DNA from: an uncultured Gemmataceae bacterium
GTDB lineage: Bacteria > Planctomycetota > Planctomycetia > Gemmatales > Gemmataceae
DNA: 64,000 nt
Reading direction: 5' to 3'
NCBI GenBank assembly: GCA_963750165.1
Contig: CAVVPN010000004.1
Location: forward strand, 992,001 to 1,056,000
In this document: positions 41,930 to 52,467 of the stretch, piece by piece
Layout: each line of letters begins with the position of its first letter
How positions within the stretch are numbered: position 1 is the stretch's first letter
The notes under the pieces: generated by a model
Seen by the model: only the letters and a program-made list of their open reading frames with translations
Database searches by the model: none
What the model was told of the DNA's origin: nothing
Translations under genes and position numbers: made by a program

Positions 41930-42535
41930 ATGGACTGCCGTTACTGTGGGGAATACCTGGCCGGCGACCCGGACAAGATCGGCGCCCGCTGCCCGCGCTG
42001 CCGCGAACCGCTCTACGAAAAGCCCGAGCCGGCGCGGCTGCAAAAGGAGGCGACCCGGGCCAACGGCGGCACCTGCGCCACGCACCCACGCAGCCCCGCC
42101 GCGGCCAACTGCCAGCGCTGCGGCGCCGCCGTCTGCCCGGTGTGCCGGTCGCGCTGGCTGGAAGAGGTCGTCTGCACCGCCTGTCTGGAAAAAGCGCTCG
42201 CGGTCAAGCACCTGCGGCCGGAGGAGGCAGTCGCCCACCGCCGGCAGGCGCTGCTGGGCATCGGCCTGGGGGGGGCGGCGTGGGGAGTGGTGCTGCTCGC
42301 GGGCGTTCCGCTGCTGGGGCTGCGCGGCCACGAGGGCGACACAGGGCTGGCGATCACCGCAGGCGTGCTTGCGCTGCTCAGTCTGCTGCCGGCGCTGTTC
42401 GGGCTGGGCCTGTCCGCGGCGGCGGTGCGCGTGCGCGGCGACTGGCTGCGGTTGGCGACGGTCGCGCTGTGCGTGTGCGGCGTCCATCTGGGGGCGGTGC
42501 TGGGGCTGCTGCTGTTCGCGGTGTGGAACCGGTGA
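41930..42535 (+). CDS. Zn-finger/B-box-like membrane protein
   Basis: CRYC..CPRC; CATH..CQRC..CPVC..CTAC; three TM helices. Confidence 0.7.
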   Translation: MDCRYCGEYLAGDPDKIGARCPRCREPLYEKPEPARLQKEATRANGGTCATHPRSPAAANCQRCGAAVCPVCRSRWLEEVVCTACLEKALAVKHLRPEEAVAHRRQALLGIGLGGAAWGVVLLAGVPLLGLRGHEGDTGLAITAGVLALLSLLPALFGLGLSAAAVRVRGDWLRLATVALCVCGVHLGAVLGLLLFAVWNR

Positions 42536-43374
42536 TGACCCTGGAAACGCTCACCATCGTCGGCGTCGGCCTGATCGGCGGCTCGGTGGGGCTGGCGGCC
42601 CGCCAGCGCCGCGTCGCCCGCCGCGTCATCGGCCTGGGCCTGCGCCGCGACGACCTCGAACGCGCCCGCCGGCAGGGCGTCATCGACGAGGTGTCGCTGG
42701 ACCTGAGCGCCGCTGTCCGCGCCGCCGACCTGGTGATCTTCTGCACCCCCGTCGATCAGCTGGTGGATCAGATCGTGGCCGCGGCGCCGCACTGCCCCGC
42801 GCACGCCGTGCTGACCGACGTGGGCAGCACCAAGGCGGTGATCGTGCGCGGCGTCGAGGAGCGGCTGCCGGCGGCGGCCTTCGTCGGCAGTCATCCGCTG
42901 GCCGGCTCCGAGAAGCAGGGGGCTGACCACGCGACGCCGCACCTGTTCTCCAACCGCGTCACGGTCGTGACACCGACGCCGCGAACCCCGGATGCGGCGC
43001 TGGAGCGTGTCAGCGCCTTCTGGGCGGCGCTGGGGGCGCGTGTGCAGCGGCTCAGTCCCGAGGACCACGACGAGGCGCTGGCACTGACGAGCCATCTGCC
43101 GCACCTGCTGGCGTCAGCGCTGGCGGGCCTGCTACCGCCGCCCCTTCACGATCTGACCGCGCTGGGCTTCCGCGACACGACGCGCATCGCCGCCGGCGAC
43201 CCGGCGCTGTGGACCGCCATTTTCACGCAGAACCGGCCCGCGCTGCTGCGGGCGCTGGCGCTGTTGCGCGACCGCCTGGACGGCATCGAGGTCGCTCTGC
43301 AGAAGAACCATCCGCCCGTTGTCCATGCCTGGCTGGAGCAAGCCAAGAAGGTGCGAGATGCTCTGGGAAGTTGA
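42535..43374 (+). CDS. tyrA: Prephenate/arogenate dehydrogenase
   Basis: IVGVGLIGGS, TDVGSTK, GSHPLAGSE, HD...TSHLPH, RDTTRIA. Confidence 0.9.
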   Translation: MTLETLTIVGVGLIGGSVGLAARQRRVARRVIGLGLRRDDLERARRQGVIDEVSLDLSAAVRAADLVIFCTPVDQLVDQIVAAAPHCPAHAVLTDVGSTKAVIVRGVEERLPAAAFVGSHPLAGSEKQGADHATPHLFSNRVTVVTPTPRTPDAALERVSAFWAALGARVQRLSPEDHDEALALTSHLPHLLASALAGLLPPPLHDLTALGFRDTTRIAAGDPALWTAIFTQNRPALLRALALLRDRLDGIEVALQKNHPPVVHAWLEQAKKVRDALGS

Positions 43375-46357
43375 GATCGAGCAGAAGGGCGGCGCCGACG
43401 CTGAGGCCGCTCGTGTTCGCGCCGAGGTGGCGCTGCTGGCGGCCGACCCCGCGGCGGCGCACTTCGCGGTGCGCGCCGCCCGCGGCTACCTGCTGGAGGG
43501 ACTGCTGCAGCGTGACGACGCGGAGCGGCTGTTGCAGGAATTGCTGGTCGATCCGCTGGTGGAGACCGGCCGCCTCCTGGGCCGCGATGAGCCGCCGCGG
43601 TCGGGGCAGAAGACGGTGCTGCTCAAGCCCGGCGTGATGGACCCGGCAGCGCAGAGCGTGCTGGCCGCGGCCGTGGACCTTGGCGTTCACCTGGAGGCCG
43701 TGCGCACCTTCCGCCGCTACTTCGTCGAGGGGCCGCACTCAGCGGATTTGCTGCGACGTGTGTTGGCCAACGACGCCATCGAGCAGGTGATTGACAGCCC
43801 GCTGTCACCGGAGCACCTGGCGCTGGGCCAGACGTACCGCTTCCAGAAAATCGCCGTGCCGCTGCGCGACCTCGACGACGCGGCGCTGCAAAAGCTCAGC
43901 CGTGACAGCCTGCTGTCACTCGACCTGGCCGAGATGCGGGCGATCCAGCAGCACTTCCGCGAACTGCAGCGCGACCCGACGGACGTGGAACTGGAGACGC
44001 TGGCGCAAACGTGGTCGGAGCACTGCTCGCACAAGACGCTCAAGGGCACCATTGACTTCAACGGCCGGCTCATCAAGAACCTGCTCAAGGAGACGATTTT
44101 CGGTGCGACCCAGGAAATCCGCCGCCGGCTGGGCACGGACGACTGGTGCGTCAGCGTCTTCGAGGACAACGCCGGCGTCGTGCGCTTCGACGAGCGGCAC
44201 AACGTCTGTTTCAAGGTAGAAACACATAATCACCCGTCGGCGATTGAGCCGTACGGCGGCGCCAACACGGGGCTGGGCGGCGTCATCCGCGACCCGCTCG
44301 GCACCGGCCTGGGCGCGAAGCCGGTGTGCAACACGGACGTGTTCTGCTTCGCGCCGCCAGAACGTGGGGTGGCTCGTGGGACGGCTCGTGGGACGGCTCG
44401 TGGGACGGCTCTCCAGAGCCGTCTGCCCGGAGACGGCTCTGGAGAGCCGTCCCACGAGCCGTCCTACGAGCCGTCCCACGAGCCGTCCTGCGAGCCACTG
44501 CTGCCGGGAGTGCTGCACCCGCAAAAGGTGATGCGCGGCGTCGTCGCCGGGGTGCGCGACTACGGCAACCGCATGGGCATTCCGACGGTCAACGGCGCCG
44601 TCTGCTTCGACGAGCGCTACCTGGGCAACCCGTTGGTCTACTGCGGCACCGTCGGCGTGTTGCCGGTGGACCGCTGCCAGAAGGCGGCGCAGCCGGGCGA
44701 CCTGATTGTGGCGGTCGGCGGCCGCACCGGGCGCGACGGCATCCACGGGGCGACGTTTTCCTCAGTCGAGCTGACCTCGGAGTCGGAGAAGGTCAGCGGC
44801 GGGGCGGTGCAGATCGGCAACGCGATCACCGAGAAAAAGCTGCTCGACGTGCTGCTGCAGGCGCGCGACCGCGGGCTGTATCACGCCATCACGGACTGCG
44901 GCGCCGGCGGCTTCAGCAGCGCGGTTGGCGAGATGGGCGAGAAGCTCGGGGCGGTCGTGCATCTGGAGAAGGCGCCGCTGAAGTACGAGGGGCTGTCGTA
45001 CACGGAAATCTGGATCAGCGAGGCGCAGGAGCGCATGATCCTGGCGGTGCCGCCGGGAGACTGGGAAGCGCTGCGGGCGCTGTGCGCCAGCGAGGACGTG
45101 GAGGCGGTCGCCATCGGCAGCTTTGAGGCGACGGGCCGGTTGCAGCTGTTCTACCAGGGCGAGCCGGTCGCGAATCTGGACATGCACTTCCTGCACGGCG
45201 GCCGGCCGGAGGTGGTGCGCCGCGCCACCTGGACTGCGCCGCCCGCTGCCGCGATACCGACGCCGAAATCGAGCAACTGCACCGAGGATTTGCTGAAGAT
45301 TCTCGGCGCGTACAACGTCTGCAGCAAGGAATGGATCATCCGCCAGTACGACCACGAGGTGCAGGGCGGCACGGTGCTGCGGCCGCTGGTCGGCGCGCAA
45401 GACGACGGCCCCGGCGACGCGGCGGTGCTGACGCCGGTGCTCGGCTCATGGGTGGGGCTGGCGGTCGGCTGCGGCATCAACCCGCGCTACGGCGACCGGG
45501 ACCCGTACGCGATGGCCGCCGCGGTCATTGATGAGGCGGTGCGCAACGTGGTGGCGGTCGGCGCGGACCCGGCGCGGATTGCACTGCTGGACAATTTCTG
45601 CTGGGGCAACACCAACCGGCCGGAGGTATTGGGCTCACTGGTGCGGGCGGCGGAGGCGTGCCGCGACGTGGCGCTGGCCTACGGCATGCCGTTCATCAGC
45701 GGCAAGGACAGCCTGAACAACGAATTCCACGCCGCGGGCCGGCACATCGTCATTCCGCCGACGCTGCTCATCAGCGCCCTGGGCCGCGTGCCGGACGTGC
45801 GCCGCTGCGTCAGCATGGACCTGAAGGAACCCGGCAACGCCCTGCTGCTGCTCGGCGTGACGCGCGACGAACTGGGCGGCTCGCACTATCACCTGATCCA
45901 CGGCCACGAGGGCGGACGGGTGCCGCAGGTGGATGTGCAGCTGGCGCCGCGGATTTTCCGCGGATTGCATCAGGCGCTGCAGCGCGGCCTGGTGCGGGCG
46001 TGCCACGATTTAAGCGAGGGCGGATTGGCGGTGGCGGTCGCGGAGATGGCGTTCGCCGGCGGCGTCGGCGCGGACGTGACCGGGCTGCGCGAACCAGCGC
46101 TGCATGGGCAGGCGGCGCCGGAACTGGCGGACGAGGTGCTGCTGTTCTCCGAGTCGGCGACGCGGTTCGTGCTGGAGGTGCGGCTGGCGGACGTGGCGGC
46201 GCTGGCGGCGTGCTTTGCCGCGGCAGTGCCGCTGTGGCGGATCGGGCAGACGGTCAAGGAGCCGCGGCTGCGGATCGCGGGCGGCGGCGGCGAGTGGCTG
46301 GTGTGGGCGCAACTGGCGGATTTGAAGGAGGCGTGGCAGAAGCCGCTGCGGTGGTGA
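43358..46357 (+). CDS. purL: Phosphoribosylformylglycinamidine synthase PurL with PurS-like N-terminus
   Basis: QTWSEHCSHK, KVETHNHPSA, DYGNRMGIPT, GRDGIHGA, DCGAGG, ISGKDSL, CHDLSEGG. Confidence 0.95.
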   Translation: MLWEVEIEQKGGADAEAARVRAEVALLAADPAAAHFAVRAARGYLLEGLLQRDDAERLLQELLVDPLVETGRLLGRDEPPRSGQKTVLLKPGVMDPAAQSVLAAAVDLGVHLEAVRTFRRYFVEGPHSADLLRRVLANDAIEQVIDSPLSPEHLALGQTYRFQKIAVPLRDLDDAALQKLSRDSLLSLDLAEMRAIQQHFRELQRDPTDVELETLAQTWSEHCSHKTLKGTIDFNGRLIKNLLKETIFGATQEIRRRLGTDDWCVSVFEDNAGVVRFDERHNVCFKVETHNHPSAIEPYGGANTGLGGVIRDPLGTGLGAKPVCNTDVFCFAPPERGVARGTARGTARGTALQSRLPGDGSGEPSHEPSYEPSHEPSCEPLLPGVLHPQKVMRGVVAGVRDYGNRMGIPTVNGAVCFDERYLGNPLVYCGTVGVLPVDRCQKAAQPGDLIVAVGGRTGRDGIHGATFSSVELTSESEKVSGGAVQIGNAITEKKLLDVLLQARDRGLYHAITDCGAGGFSSAVGEMGEKLGAVVHLEKAPLKYEGLSYTEIWISEAQERMILAVPPGDWEALRALCASEDVEAVAIGSFEATGRLQLFYQGEPVANLDMHFLHGGRPEVVRRATWTAPPAAAIPTPKSSNCTEDLLKILGAYNVCSKEWIIRQYDHEVQGGTVLRPLVGAQDDGPGDAAVLTPVLGSWVGLAVGCGINPRYGDRDPYAMAAAVIDEAVRNVVAVGADPARIALLDNFCWGNTNRPEVLGSLVRAAEACRDVALAYGMPFISGKDSLNNEFHAAGRHIVIPPTLLISALGRVPDVRRCVSMDLKEPGNALLLLGVTRDELGGSHYHLIHGHEGGRVPQVDVQLAPRIFRGLHQALQRGLVRACHDLSEGGLAVAVAEMAFAGGVGADVTGLREPALHGQAAPELADEVLLFSESATRFVLEVRLADVAALAACFAAAVPLWRIGQTVKEPRLRIAGGGGEWLVWAQLADLKEAWQKPLRW
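44363..44498. repeat. Family B palindrome with tandemly amplified 12-mer arms, in-frame inside purL
   Basis: (cgtgggacggct)3-ctccagagccgtct-gcccgg-agacggctctggag-(agccgtccYRcg)4. Confidence 0.9.
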
Positions 46358-46614
46358 ACACCATCCCGACGAAGAAGCACTGACAGGGAAGAAATAATGT
46401 CCGGCCCCCGCGGCCGCCACAGGTATTTTCAGAAAAAAAGCTGGCACTGTCCTATCTTTTGTCTGAATTTCGATTTCTCTAATAGGCAATCGCGCCGCTC
46501 CCGACGAGGGTCTGCGCGACCGGCTTCCCGCAGTGCAGGCAGTATCCGCGCCCTGCCGCCCCGCGGGTGCAACGCCTTTCTACCGCAACGAAATCCTGCA
46601 CCCGAGGTGGAACC

Positions 46615-47485
46615 ATGAACGAAAGTGAAGCGAAAACCGCCGCAGAGACGGCTGTCCACGGGCGTTGGCCAACCTTGGTAGACGTCCGGGCCGAGACCTG
46701 CGTTCGTGAGTTCTTCGACGGCTGGCTCGTCGTCGTGACAGCCGTGGACAGCGGCGCCGCGACTGAGCGGTTGGCATACCTCGGCCCCGAGGACGAGCGC
46801 CGCACCTTCTTGAACTGCAAGGAGATGGCGACGGCGCTGAGCGGCAAGCGGTTGCCCGGTTCGCCGTTCGAGGTGCTCGGCAGCGCGGCGAACTGGTACG
46901 GCCGCTTGCTGGAGAACCTGGCGAACCTCCTGCGCGGCCTCAAGGGCTGGCAACTGGTGTTCGGCATCGTGATCTGCGCCACCTTCGGCGGTCTGGGGCT
47001 GTTGCTCGTGACGGCGGCCTTGCGCGGGCGAACCAGGCGGCGGCCTCAGCTCCACCGACGCTTTCATCATCTGTATGGTGGCGGGCATCGGCGTCACCGC
47101 CGTGTGCTACATCTTCTCCGCCTACCTGGAGCACGCGGTGCGCTTCGAGAAGCTCATGAAAAAGGCGGAGCGGCAACTCATCAACGGCATCGGCCTGGAC
47201 CCGACGCTGCGAGCCCGCCTGCACACCTACACCATCGTGTGCAAACTGCTGGAGGACGAAACCGATGAGTGGATCGAGAAGTTTCACGCCAACCGGCCGA
47301 AGCGGAAAACCGGCGTGCTGGACCTCAACGAGCTACACGGTTATTTCACCCTGCGCTTCGTGCTGCAGGAGGCCAAGCGGGGCGGTCTGATTTCTCGCTA
47401 CGCCCCCCGCGAAGACGCCGCCACCGTGTTGCAGGCGGTCCAGGATCTGTACGACCTGCTCGACCGCATCCCGGTACGATCCTGA
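46615..47485 (+). CDS. Hypothetical membrane protein, apparent frameshift near 47020
   Basis: SD gaggtgg plus ATG; two overlapping coding-like frames (46615.. and 47075..47485) joined around TM segments. Confidence 0.55.
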
Positions 47486-47511
47486 GCGCGAACCTGCGAG
47501 GAAGAGTTCCC

Positions 47512-49311
47512 ATGACCGAGAGCATTCTGACGCGGATCGCCCAGGCCCATCAGCTGGTGCGGGACCGGGGGCTGGATTCCCCGGAACTGGCCGCCTTGCT
47601 GGCAGAGAACCGGGACCATCCGGAGTTCCTGGCGCTGAAGGCCGTCGTGGAACTGGAGAAGAACAAGCGGACAACGCCGCCGCCGCCCAAACCCTCCCCG
47701 GACAGCAAGCGCCTGGTGCGCGCCCTGGCCGCCGCCCTGGTGCTCCTGGTAATCCTCGTCGGCGGAGCGCTGTGGTTGGCCTGCACTGCCTTGAGCAACA
47801 ATGCCCTGGAGAAGAAGGCTCACGCCGCGGCGGAGGCCCAGCGCCGGGCCGAAAAAGAACGGGCGGACGCGGAGGCCGCCCAGCGCCGGGCCGAAAAAGA
47901 ACGGGCGGACGCAGAGCACAACAAGCGGGAGGCGTTGACCCGGTACGTGCTGGTTTTCGCCACCAATCCCGCGGTGGCCCGCCTGACCCGGGAGTTGCAG
48001 GACTGGAAAGACGACGGCGGCAGAGACATCCGGAGTCTCACCTTCACCCTCACGGCGGACGACAAGCAGTTGATTGACGTGCTCCCCGATCTGCTCGAAC
48101 CGCTGACGGACGCCTTTATCAAGATGCTCCAGAAGGAGGAGCCGGCCGCGCAGATGACGGCGGCCTACGCCCTGCGGTCGCTGAAGTTGAGTGCGGACCA
48201 GCAGCGGCAGGCTCTGCCGCGGTTGGCCGCCCTCCTGAACAGCCCCCGCGTGGACGTCCGCCGCGCCGCCTACGTCGCCCTGGGCAACATCGGCAAGACG
48301 GCGGTTCCGGAGGTCGTCAAGGTCTGGGACACCGGCCAGCGCAAGTCCGACGCGATTTTCACCCTGGGCCTCATCGGACAAAAGGAGGGGGCGCTGGACG
48401 ACCGCTACATTCAGCGCATCGTCGAGACGTTGGCGGAACAACAGGCCGACGCGCCGGCCCAGCGTTTGGCCGCCGCCTACGCGCTCAGCAAGATTGACCT
48501 GAGCGACTTGACCCGAGGGGGGCGGGGGAAGAATCTTCAAGTGTTGCTCGTCAACCTGCTGAAGGATCAGAGCCTCGACCCGCCGCTGCGGGACGAATGC
48601 GTGGAAGTGCTGGGGCGGGTCGGCGGCAACAGCCAGGACGCCTTTGAAATCCTCCTGGGGTTCATGCTGGGCAAGGATGCGACGACCTCCAGGCGGGCGG
48701 CGGCGGCCCTGGGGGAACTCGGGGGCAACACGACGGCGAAGGACCTGCGCGACCAGTTCCGGGCCCGGTTGCTGATGTTCCTAAAACCGGAGGAGAAGCC
48801 GAAAACCTCCAACAACGTCCGGGCCAACGCCATCGTCGCGCTGGCAGGCATGCCCGCCGGCGACGAGGAGGTGGTCAAAATCCTGACCACCCTGCTGAAG
48901 AACAACAAGGATTTCGCCGTCCGCGCCGCCGTCCAGGGCTACTTCAAGAAAGCAGCCGAGGATCCGGACCGGGCGGAGAAACTCCTGGGCGTCAATGGCT
49001 TCCTCACCGCCGACAAGAAGAAGATGGTCAACAACCGTTATTGCGTTTACTTCCCCGTCAAGATGGCGGTGGGCCACGTTTACCGGATTGACCTGAACAG
49101 CAAGGCCTTTGACGCCTACCTGTATTTGGAGAAGGAAGAGGGGGGCGCGATCCTGGAACGGGACGACGACTCGGGGGGAGGCCTCAACGCCAGGATCTAC
49201 TACTCGCCGCCGGAGAACGGGACGTATTACCTCCGCGCCACGACCTTTTCAGCCGGCGAAACCGGGAGCTACGACCTGACGGTGTGGGAGATTCCCAAGA
49301 AACCTCGGTGA
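47512..49311 (+). CDS. Single-pass membrane protein with coiled coil, HEAT repeats and a C-terminal PPC-like domain
   Basis: TM LAAALVLLVILVGG; duplicated AQRRAEKERADAE; VRRAAYVALG-type repeats; FDAYLYL..DDDSGGGLNARI..GTYYL..GSYDL. Confidence 0.75.
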   Translation: MTESILTRIAQAHQLVRDRGLDSPELAALLAENRDHPEFLALKAVVELEKNKRTTPPPPKPSPDSKRLVRALAAALVLLVILVGGALWLACTALSNNALEKKAHAAAEAQRRAEKERADAEAAQRRAEKERADAEHNKREALTRYVLVFATNPAVARLTRELQDWKDDGGRDIRSLTFTLTADDKQLIDVLPDLLEPLTDAFIKMLQKEEPAAQMTAAYALRSLKLSADQQRQALPRLAALLNSPRVDVRRAAYVALGNIGKTAVPEVVKVWDTGQRKSDAIFTLGLIGQKEGALDDRYIQRIVETLAEQQADAPAQRLAAAYALSKIDLSDLTRGGRGKNLQVLLVNLLKDQSLDPPLRDECVEVLGRVGGNSQDAFEILLGFMLGKDATTSRRAAAALGELGGNTTAKDLRDQFRARLLMFLKPEEKPKTSNNVRANAIVALAGMPAGDEEVVKILTTLLKNNKDFAVRAAVQGYFKKAAEDPDRAEKLLGVNGFLTADKKKMVNNRYCVYFPVKMAVGHVYRIDLNSKAFDAYLYLEKEEGGAILERDDDSGGGLNARIYYSPPENGTYYLRATTFSAGETGSYDLTVWEIPKKPR

Positions 49312-49971
49312 CGCCCAGGCGGGCTGTTAAGGGAGAAAAGGGGCCGCAGCTGCTGCCCTGAAAATGAATTCTAGGGAGGGACACAAACTCCCCCTCCCCA
49401 ACGGGCACGTGGGTTCGCGGAGCGACCGAGGGCGGACAAGACATCAGGGGCCCCGGCGCGACAGACCTCAAAGGGTAGAACAAGCTGCCCTGCGTGCTCC
49501 CCGCGGGTGCGGGGGCGACCAATTCGGGTTCGAGACGAGGTCGTGGGCCAGACTCTGGAGCGGGCTCATGGCACCATGCAGAAAGCGGCCTCAAGTCGCA
49601 CCGGAGAGCCCCCGGGTAGCGCTGGCCCAACTGCCCGACCCACTGCAGCAGGCCGTCATTCTGCGTTACCTGGCGCCCCGAGTGCGACGGTCGCTGACCT
49701 TTGATGCGTTGCGGATCGCCTCTCCTATCGACGTTGGCAAATCTCTGATTGCTTATCTCCCCAATGGGGCAGGGTCATGGGCTTGTTCGAGCCCCCGTTC
49801 GCAAGCAATGTGTCCGGTGCGCCCGCCTTTACTAGCGGCAGCGCTGACCGTCTGACCGCCGGCTGCGGTGCATCGTGCTGGACGGATTTCTGATCGGTCA
49901 GGGCGAAGTGGAAATCCTTCTTGCTGGTCCCGTACTATTACAATGGAGGCCTCGTTTCGGGGAGGCACGTC

Positions 49972-50892
49972 ATGCACAGTGAAGAGCCTGAACCCGGTGG
50001 ACCTCGGGGACCCCTTGCCGTGCTGCGCAAGGTCATTCCCTACCAGGCGGACGCCGCGAGCGACTGGCTGGGGTGGGTCGGCCTGGACGCGGCACGCTAC
50101 CGGGCGGCGCCCGCCTCGGAACTCCACCCGCCCGCCCTTGCCCAGCACCGTCTCGTCCTGTTTGCCCGGCCGCCGGACGAACTGGAGCTGCGCTACGAAG
50201 GGGTCAAGCGGCACGTGCCGCCCCCCGCGGGAGCGATCTCCGTGGTGCCGGCCGGCAGCCCAGTCCATTGGCGCTGGAGCGGGGGCTTCGACTGGCTTCA
50301 TATCGTACTGGAGCCGAGGCTGGTGGCGCGGGTGGCCGCGGAGGCGTTCGACCTCGACCCGGCGCGGCTGACGGTGCCGCCACTGGACGGCCTGGACCTG
50401 CCGCACCTGCGGGCCGCGATGGCGGCCGTGGACGCCGAGCTGACCGCCGGCGGCGCCGGCGGCCCGCTCGCCGCCGAGTCGCTGGCCAACGTCCTGGCCG
50501 TCCACCTGATCCGCCACGCCCAGGCTCCCCGCCGGCCGGAGCGCCGGCGGGACGGCGCCCTGCCGCGGAGCCGGCTCCGCGCCGTCCTCGAGTTCATCGA
50601 GGAACACCTCGGCGCCGGCCCGACCCTGGAGCAGATCGCGGCGGTGGCCGGCCTGAGCGCCTATCACTTCGCGCGGCAGTTCAAGGCGGCCACGGGCTTG
50701 CCGCCGCACCAGTACGTCATCGCCCGCCGCGTCGAGCGGGCCAGGCACCTCTTGCAAGGCGGGTCGGACCTGTCCCTGGCGGACGTCGCCGCCACCGTTG
50801 GCTTCTTGGACCAGAGCCAGTTCTCCCAGCACTTCAAGCGGATCGTCGGCGTCACGCCGCGGCAGTTCCGGGCGCCCGCAAGAATCGCCTAA
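49972..50892 (+). CDS. AraC-family transcriptional regulator (copy 1)
   Basis: LEQIAAVAGLSAYHFARQFK..RVERARHLL..GFLDQSQFSQHFKR. Confidence 0.92.
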   Translation: MHSEEPEPGGPRGPLAVLRKVIPYQADAASDWLGWVGLDAARYRAAPASELHPPALAQHRLVLFARPPDELELRYEGVKRHVPPPAGAISVVPAGSPVHWRWSGGFDWLHIVLEPRLVARVAAEAFDLDPARLTVPPLDGLDLPHLRAAMAAVDAELTAGGAGGPLAAESLANVLAVHLIRHAQAPRRPERRRDGALPRSRLRAVLEFIEEHLGAGPTLEQIAAVAGLSAYHFARQFKAATGLPPHQYVIARRVERARHLLQGGSDLSLADVAATVGFLDQSQFSQHFKRIVGVTPRQFRAPARIA

Positions 50893-50970
50893 TCGCCGCA
50901 AACACCAGCAAGAATCCGGAACCGGCTGCCCCTACCATTCCTCACAGTCGCCGCAAAGGAGGGACGATTC

Positions 50971-52263
50971 ATGCGTCGCATCGGCATCCTGTGTTTCTCT
51001 TCGCCGGGTCACTTCTATCCGCTCACGGCCCTGGGGAGGCGGCTCCAATCACGGGGTCATGAAGTGGTCTTCTTTCAGGTCGCCGACCTGGAGCGGCCGA
51101 TCCGGGCGGCGGGCCTGCGGTTTCGCCAGATCGGCCGGGAGGACTTTCCCCTCGGCGCGCTCCGCGGCGGGATGAGGAACTCGGTAAGCTCACGGGCCGC
51201 GCCGCCCTGCGGTGCGGGCTGCGCGGCATCGAACAGAAGGCGCGGATGCTCTTCCGGGACGCCCCGGCCGCGCTCCGCGCGGAGGGCATCGACGCCCTCA
51301 TCGTCGATCAGATCGAGATGGCGGGCGGGACCGTGGCCGAACACCTGGGGCTGCCGTTCGTCAGCGCGGCGGCCGCCCTGCCGATCAACCTCGACGCCTA
51401 CGCCCCGCCCGTCAACTTCCCGTGGCCCCACCGCGCCGGCGTTGCGGCCCGGCTCAGGAACCGGGTGGGGAATGCCGCCGTCGCCTGGAGCTTCTCGGGG
51501 GTCGTGCGGACGATCAACCGGCAACGCCGAGCCTGGGGGCTGCCCCCCGCGCGACTCCGACGCGCTGTTCTCCAGGCTCGCCCAGGTCACGCAACTGCCG
51601 GCCGCCCTGGAGCTGCCGGGCCGCCGCGTGCCGCCCCACTTCCACCACACCGGCCCCTGGACGGACGCGGCGGGGCGGGCACCAGTGGACTTCCCCTGGT
51701 CGCGCCTCGACCCGGGCAGGCCCCTGGTGTACGCCTCGATGGGGACGCTCCAGAACGGCATCCTGCCGACCTTCCGGATGATCGCCGCGGCGTGCGCGGG
51801 GTTCGATCTGCAGCTGGTGATCTCCCTGGGCGGCGGTCAGGATCCGGCGTTGCTCGGGGACCTCCCCGGTGCCCCGGTCGTGGTCGGGTACGCACCACAA
51901 CTCGACCTGATCCGGCGCTCCACCCTGACGATCTCGCACGGCGGGTTGAACACGGCACTGGAGTCGCTGGCGTGGGGCGTTCCCCTGGTGGTCCTGCCGG
52001 TGACCTATGACCAGCCGGGAGTCGGGGCCCGCGTGGAATGGTTCGGCGCGGGCCGGTCGATTCCCGTTGGGCGGTTGACGGTGGACCGCCTCCGCGCAGC
52101 GATCCACGACATCCTGGGCGACCCGGCCTACCGCACGCGGGCCGGCCGGCTCCAGGCGGCCATCGAGGCTGGCGACGGCCTGAACCGGGCGGCGGACGTG
52201 ATCGAGGGGGCATTCGGGACGGGCCGGAGGGCCGAGCCGGCCGAGACACTCAGACGAGCCTGA
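50971..52263 (+). CDS. GT1 (MGT/UGT-like) glycosyltransferase with two compensating frameshifts (about 51165 and 51550)
   Basis: GHFYP; the middle segment DALIVDQIE is in another frame; YASMGTL, YAPQLDLI..ISHGGLNT..DQP. Confidence 0.8.
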   Translation: MRRIGILCFSSPGHFYPLTALGRRLQSRGHEVVFFQVADLERPIRAAGLRFRQIGREDFPLGALRGGMRNSVSSRAAPPCGAGCAASNRRRGCSSGTPRPRSARRASTPSSSIRSRWRAGPWPNTWGCRSSARRPPCRSTSTPTPRPSTSRGPTAPALRPGSGTGWGMPPSPGASRGSCGRSTGNAEPGGCPPRDSDALFSRLAQVTQLPAALELPGRRVPPHFHHTGPWTDAAGRAPVDFPWSRLDPGRPLVYASMGTLQNGILPTFRMIAAACAGFDLQLVISLGGGQDPALLGDLPGAPVVVGYAPQLDLIRRSTLTISHGGLNTALESLAWGVPLVVLPVTYDQPGVGARVEWFGAGRSIPVGRLTVDRLRAAIHDILGDPAYRTRAGRLQAAIEAGDGLNRAADVIEGAFGTGRRAEPAETLRRA

Positions 52264-52467
52264 CGAATGACACCAGTATCCGTCCACTCGAACGCCCGCA
52301 GGAATCGCATAAACGGCCGCAAATGCGTCCAAGAAACCCGTCGGAGAGCCCCATACCATTCCCGGTGACCAGGTCAACCCGTTCTTCCCCGAAGGCAGTT
52401 CGACCCGCTTTTCGGGATGAGGTTCTGACCGGTTCTGACACCGAACACCGAAACAGAGGATGCAACG

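Noticed and set aside
44363..44498. Possible CRISPR array
   Set aside because: The units are 12-bp tandem repeats with no spacers, arranged as a palindrome, and there are no cas genes.
44363..44498. Possible intein in PurL
   Set aside because: Too short, lacks Cys/Ser...His-Asn splice motifs, and is explained by the DNA palindrome.
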